Shown: piece by piece, positions 34,262 through 37,077 of the stretch
Numbering within the stretch: position 1 is the stretch's first letter
How the letters are laid out: every line of letters begins with the position of its first letter
From: an uncultured Candidatus Saccharibacteria bacterium
GTDB taxonomy: Bacteria > Patescibacteriota > Minisyncoccia > Phycocordibacterales > JAACPR01
Length of the DNA: 37,077 nt
Direction: 5' to 3'
Assembly (NCBI GenBank): GCA_964461185.1
Contig: CAYWTD010000001.1
Location: forward strand, 1 to 37,077
Made by a program: the position numbers and the translations under genes
Notes under the pieces: model-generated
Seen by the model: only the letters and a program-made list of their open reading frames with translations
What the model was told of the DNA's origin: nothing
Databases searched by the model: none

Positions 34262-36784
34262 TTACTTTATTTTCCAGCCATCATTCAAATATTCATCCGC
34301 TTTTTTAAATTTTACCTCTATTTCCTTGTCGTCTTTAATCAAAATGACTTTGTCGTTTCGGCCAATTTTTTGTTCAGCGTGACCTGGGCTAGAAATTTTT
34401 GAATCATCGTCTTTTCCTCCACTTGTAATCTGTGCCATTTTTACACTTTCGCGTAATTTTTGTTCAGCCTTCAAAAAAGCACCAGCGCCGATGTTTGGGA
34501 GAACATTTACAATTTGTTCATAAACTGCCACCTTCATTTCCTTGAACAATCGCAAAGCTTCTTTTCTATATTCAACCAAAGGATCTCTTTGCCCATAAGC
34601 GCGTAAATTAACGCTTGATCTTGTGTAGTCCATTGTCTCCAAATGATCCACCCAAAATGTATCGATACTCTGCAAAACCACTCTTTTCAAAGTTTTGTAC
34701 CACTCTTCTTCACCAAGAGTTTGTTTTTTTTCTTCGATTATTTTTGAAATTGCATCGCCACCGTGATTTATTATTTCGACGACTTCGGCATCTAGCGCTT
34801 CTTTGTCACCAAGCAAAATTTTTCGGCGTTTCTCATAAATAGACGTTCTTTGAGTATTTAAAACTGAATCAAATTCAAGTAAATGTTTTCTTGAATCAAA
34901 ATGAAAACCTTCAATTTTTGTTTGTGCATTTTCAAGAGATCTAGAAATCATTCTGTTTTGAATTGGCTCGTCTTCTGGCAAACCAAGACGTGCCATCATT
35001 GATTTTAGCGATGGTGAGGCAAAAATTCTCATCAAAGAATCATCAAGTGAAACAAAAAATTGTGTTTCACCCGGATCACCCTGTCGACCAGAACGACCTC
35101 GCAACTGATTATCAATTCTACGAGCTTCGTGGCGTTCGGTACCAACAACAAATAAACCGCCAAGATTTTTTATCTCTTCATAAGAATCTTTGCTGAACGG
35201 TTCTCCACCAAGTTTAATATCGACTCCACGACCTGCCATGTTTGTCGCAATTGTTACTGCTCCCTTTTTACCTGCCTGAGAAATTATTTCTGCTTCTCTT
35301 TCGTGATTTTTCGCATTCAAAATATTATGTGGAATTCCATTTTTCGTTAGATATTCAGAAATTATTTCATTTTTTTCAATTGAGGCAGTACCAACCAAAA
35401 CTGGTTGACCTTTTTCGTGAAGTTCTTTTATTTTTCTAACCAAAGCATTAAACTTTCCTGGCTCTGATTGATAAATCAAATCATCATGATCAGTTCTGGA
35501 ATTTGGGCGATTCGTTGGAATAGCAATTGTCTCCAGACGATAAACTTTGAAAAATTCCTCGGCGGAAGTTTTTGCTGTACCTGTCATACCAGAAAGTTTT
35601 TTGTACATTCTGAAATAATTTTGATAAGTAATAGAAGCAAAAGTTCTGGATTCTTGGCCAACCGGAATTCCTTCTTTGGCTTCAATCGCCTGATGCAAAC
35701 CTTCCGACCAACGACGACTTGGTTGCATACGGCCAGTAAATTCATCGACAATAACAATTTGTCCATCTTTTACAACATAATCTTTGTCGCGTTTAAAAAG
35801 AGCTTCAGCGCGAACAGATGTCTCCAAATGATGAACGTACTTTATTCCCTTTTCTGTATAAATATTTCCAACACCAAGAAAACTTTCAGCTTTTGAAATT
35901 CCTTTATCGGTCAAACTGATTGATTTTAATTTTTCATCAACCGTATAATCTTCTTCTTTAATCATTTTCTTAGAAATTCCAGCAAAAATTTCATAAAGAT
36001 TTTCAGCGTTCGCTGATGGCGCAGAAATAATTAACGGGGTTCTCGCTTCATCAATCAAGATAGAGTCAATTTCATCGATGATGGCAAAATTATATTCTCT
36101 TTGTCGTAAATTTTGCGTATCGTATTCTATGTTGTCACGCAAATAATCAAAACCGAATTCACTATTTGTTCCATAAGTAATATCTGCGGCATAAGCTTCT
36201 TTTCTGGAAACCGGGCGAAGATATTCATAAACGATATGAAAAAATCCAGCCTCGTCTCTTTCTTTATCCTGACTATCATTTGTATGAATCGGATCATAAA
36301 GATAAGAAGCTTGTTGATTTATAACTGCAGTACTTAATCCCAGAAAATGATAAATTTGTCCCATCCAAACTGTGTCACGGCGAGCAAGGAAATCATTAAC
36401 AGTAATCACGTGAACACCTTTTCCGGTCAGAGCATTTAAATAAACTGGCAAAGTTGCCACCAAAGTTTTTCCCTCACCAGTTCTCATTTCGGCAATATTA
36501 CCTTCGTGTATAGTCATTCCACCAACAAGCTGAACATCATAATGTCTTTGACCCAAAGTTCGTGTCGCGGCCTCGCGAACAACAGCAAAGGCTTCGGGTA
36601 ATATATCATTTAGCGTTTTACCACTTGCCAATTCATTTTTAAAGAAAGCTGTTTTATTTTTTAGCTCTTCATCAGTTAAACCGGCCATTATTTCGGCAAA
36701 AGAATTAATCCCTGAGACTCTTGATTCATAAGCCTTTAATAGACGACTATTTGGGTCACCAAAAATTTTAGATAAAAAAGCCAT
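34262..36784 (-). CDS. secA: preprotein translocase ATPase SecA
   Basis: 840 aa. MRTGEGKT Walker A, DEIDSILIDEARTPLIIS DEAD-like motif, TNMAGRGVDIKLGG. Confidence 0.95.
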   Translation of the reverse strand: MAFLSKIFGDPNSRLLKAYESRVSGINSFAEIMAGLTDEELKNKTAFFKNELASGKTLNDILPEAFAVVREAATRTLGQRHYDVQLVGGMTIHEGNIAEMRTGEGKTLVATLPVYLNALTGKGVHVITVNDFLARRDTVWMGQIYHFLGLSTAVINQQASYLYDPIHTNDSQDKERDEAGFFHIVYEYLRPVSRKEAYAADITYGTNSEFGFDYLRDNIEYDTQNLRQREYNFAIIDEIDSILIDEARTPLIISAPSANAENLYEIFAGISKKMIKEEDYTVDEKLKSISLTDKGISKAESFLGVGNIYTEKGIKYVHHLETSVRAEALFKRDKDYVVKDGQIVIVDEFTGRMQPSRRWSEGLHQAIEAKEGIPVGQESRTFASITYQNYFRMYKKLSGMTGTAKTSAEEFFKVYRLETIAIPTNRPNSRTDHDDLIYQSEPGKFNALVRKIKELHEKGQPVLVGTASIEKNEIISEYLTKNGIPHNILNAKNHEREAEIISQAGKKGAVTIATNMAGRGVDIKLGGEPFSKDSYEEIKNLGGLFVVGTERHEARRIDNQLRGRSGRQGDPGETQFFVSLDDSLMRIFASPSLKSMMARLGLPEDEPIQNRMISRSLENAQTKIEGFHFDSRKHLLEFDSVLNTQRTSIYEKRRKILLGDKEALDAEVVEIINHGGDAISKIIEEKKQTLGEEEWYKTLKRVVLQSIDTFWVDHLETMDYTRSSVNLRAYGQRDPLVEYRKEALRLFKEMKVAVYEQIVNVLPNIGAGAFLKAEQKLRESVKMAQITSGGKDDDSKISSPGHAEQKIGRNDKVILIKDDKEIEVKFKKADEYLNDGWKIK

Positions 36785-36804
36785 AGGTCTATCGATAATA
36801 CCAC

Positions 36805-36844
36805 AAAAAACAAAGCTCTCAAATTTATGAGAGCTTTGTTTTTT
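36805..36844 (-). terminator. rho-independent terminator between the small basic gene and secA
   Basis: A 17-bp perfect stem: AAAAAACAAAGCTCTCA (36805-36821) pairs with TGAGAGCTTTGTTTTTT (36828-36844). Confidence 0.8.
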
Positions 36845-36849
36845 ATCTA

Positions 36850-36963
36850 CTATTTTCTTCTGCTTGATTTCTTCTTTGAAGATTTCTTCGCAACTTTTCT
36901 TGAAGATTTCTTTGTAGATTTTTTTGCTGCTTTTTTTACAGCTTTCTTTTTCTTCACTGCCAT
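36850..36963 (-). CDS. possible 37-aa lysine-rich basic peptide
   Basis: Hand translation gives MAVKKKKAVKKAAKKSTKKSSRKVAKKSSKKKSSRRK*. It is followed by the strong terminator. Below the track cutoff. Confidence 0.4.
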   Translation of the reverse strand: MAVKKKKAVKKAAKKSTKKSSRKVAKKSSKKKSSRRK

Positions 36964-37077
36964 TTTATTTTTTTATTAACTAATAAAAGTTTTCTTCCCC
37001 TATTTAATTATCTCAGTATCTGGAAAAACTAAAAGAGATTTTGAAATAAAAGTGTGGATAAGTTAAAAAAATATTTT

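Overview
AT-rich bacterial window, coded almost entirely on the minus strand. It is compact, has many type IV pilin-like genes, and most genes lack a Shine-Dalgarno (SD) sequence or are leaderless. I infer a Patescibacteria/CPR-like genome, but this is not proven. Recognisable core genes: CrtI-family oxidoreductase plus a lycopene-cyclase-domain protein, a DUF368 protein, CapA-like protein, ROK kinase, GH1 beta-glucosidase, ftsX/ftsE, prfB, alr, murI, nadK, gatC/gatA, ligA and secA. There are two pilin/pseudopilin clusters, one with prepilin peptidase and a major pilin, and six tRNAs (Gln, Thr x2, Asp, Met-CAU, initiator Met). The notable region is a tRNA-bounded accessory island at about 15.9-24.4 kb. 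A 29-bp sequence (GCGCGCTTTCGTGGACGTTGTTGGAACTA) recurs seven times in direct orientation and divides about 7.2 kb into self-contained gene cassettes, each with its own promoter. The array ends exactly at the 3' end of tRNA-Asp, whose downstream flank is itself duplicated at two internal cassette junctions. No recombinase is present in the window. Next to it, between tRNA-Asp and tRNA-Met, lies a conspicuously GC-rich islet with two translationally coupled paralogous Cys/His-motif mini-genes. Other points: a G8/C8 homopolymer inside the promoter of a pilin-LamG fusion gene (candidate phase switch), a shortened RF2 without the programmed frameshift, and an initiator tRNA with atypical D and T loops. 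Product calls come from motifs I recognised in the translations. No database search was possible.
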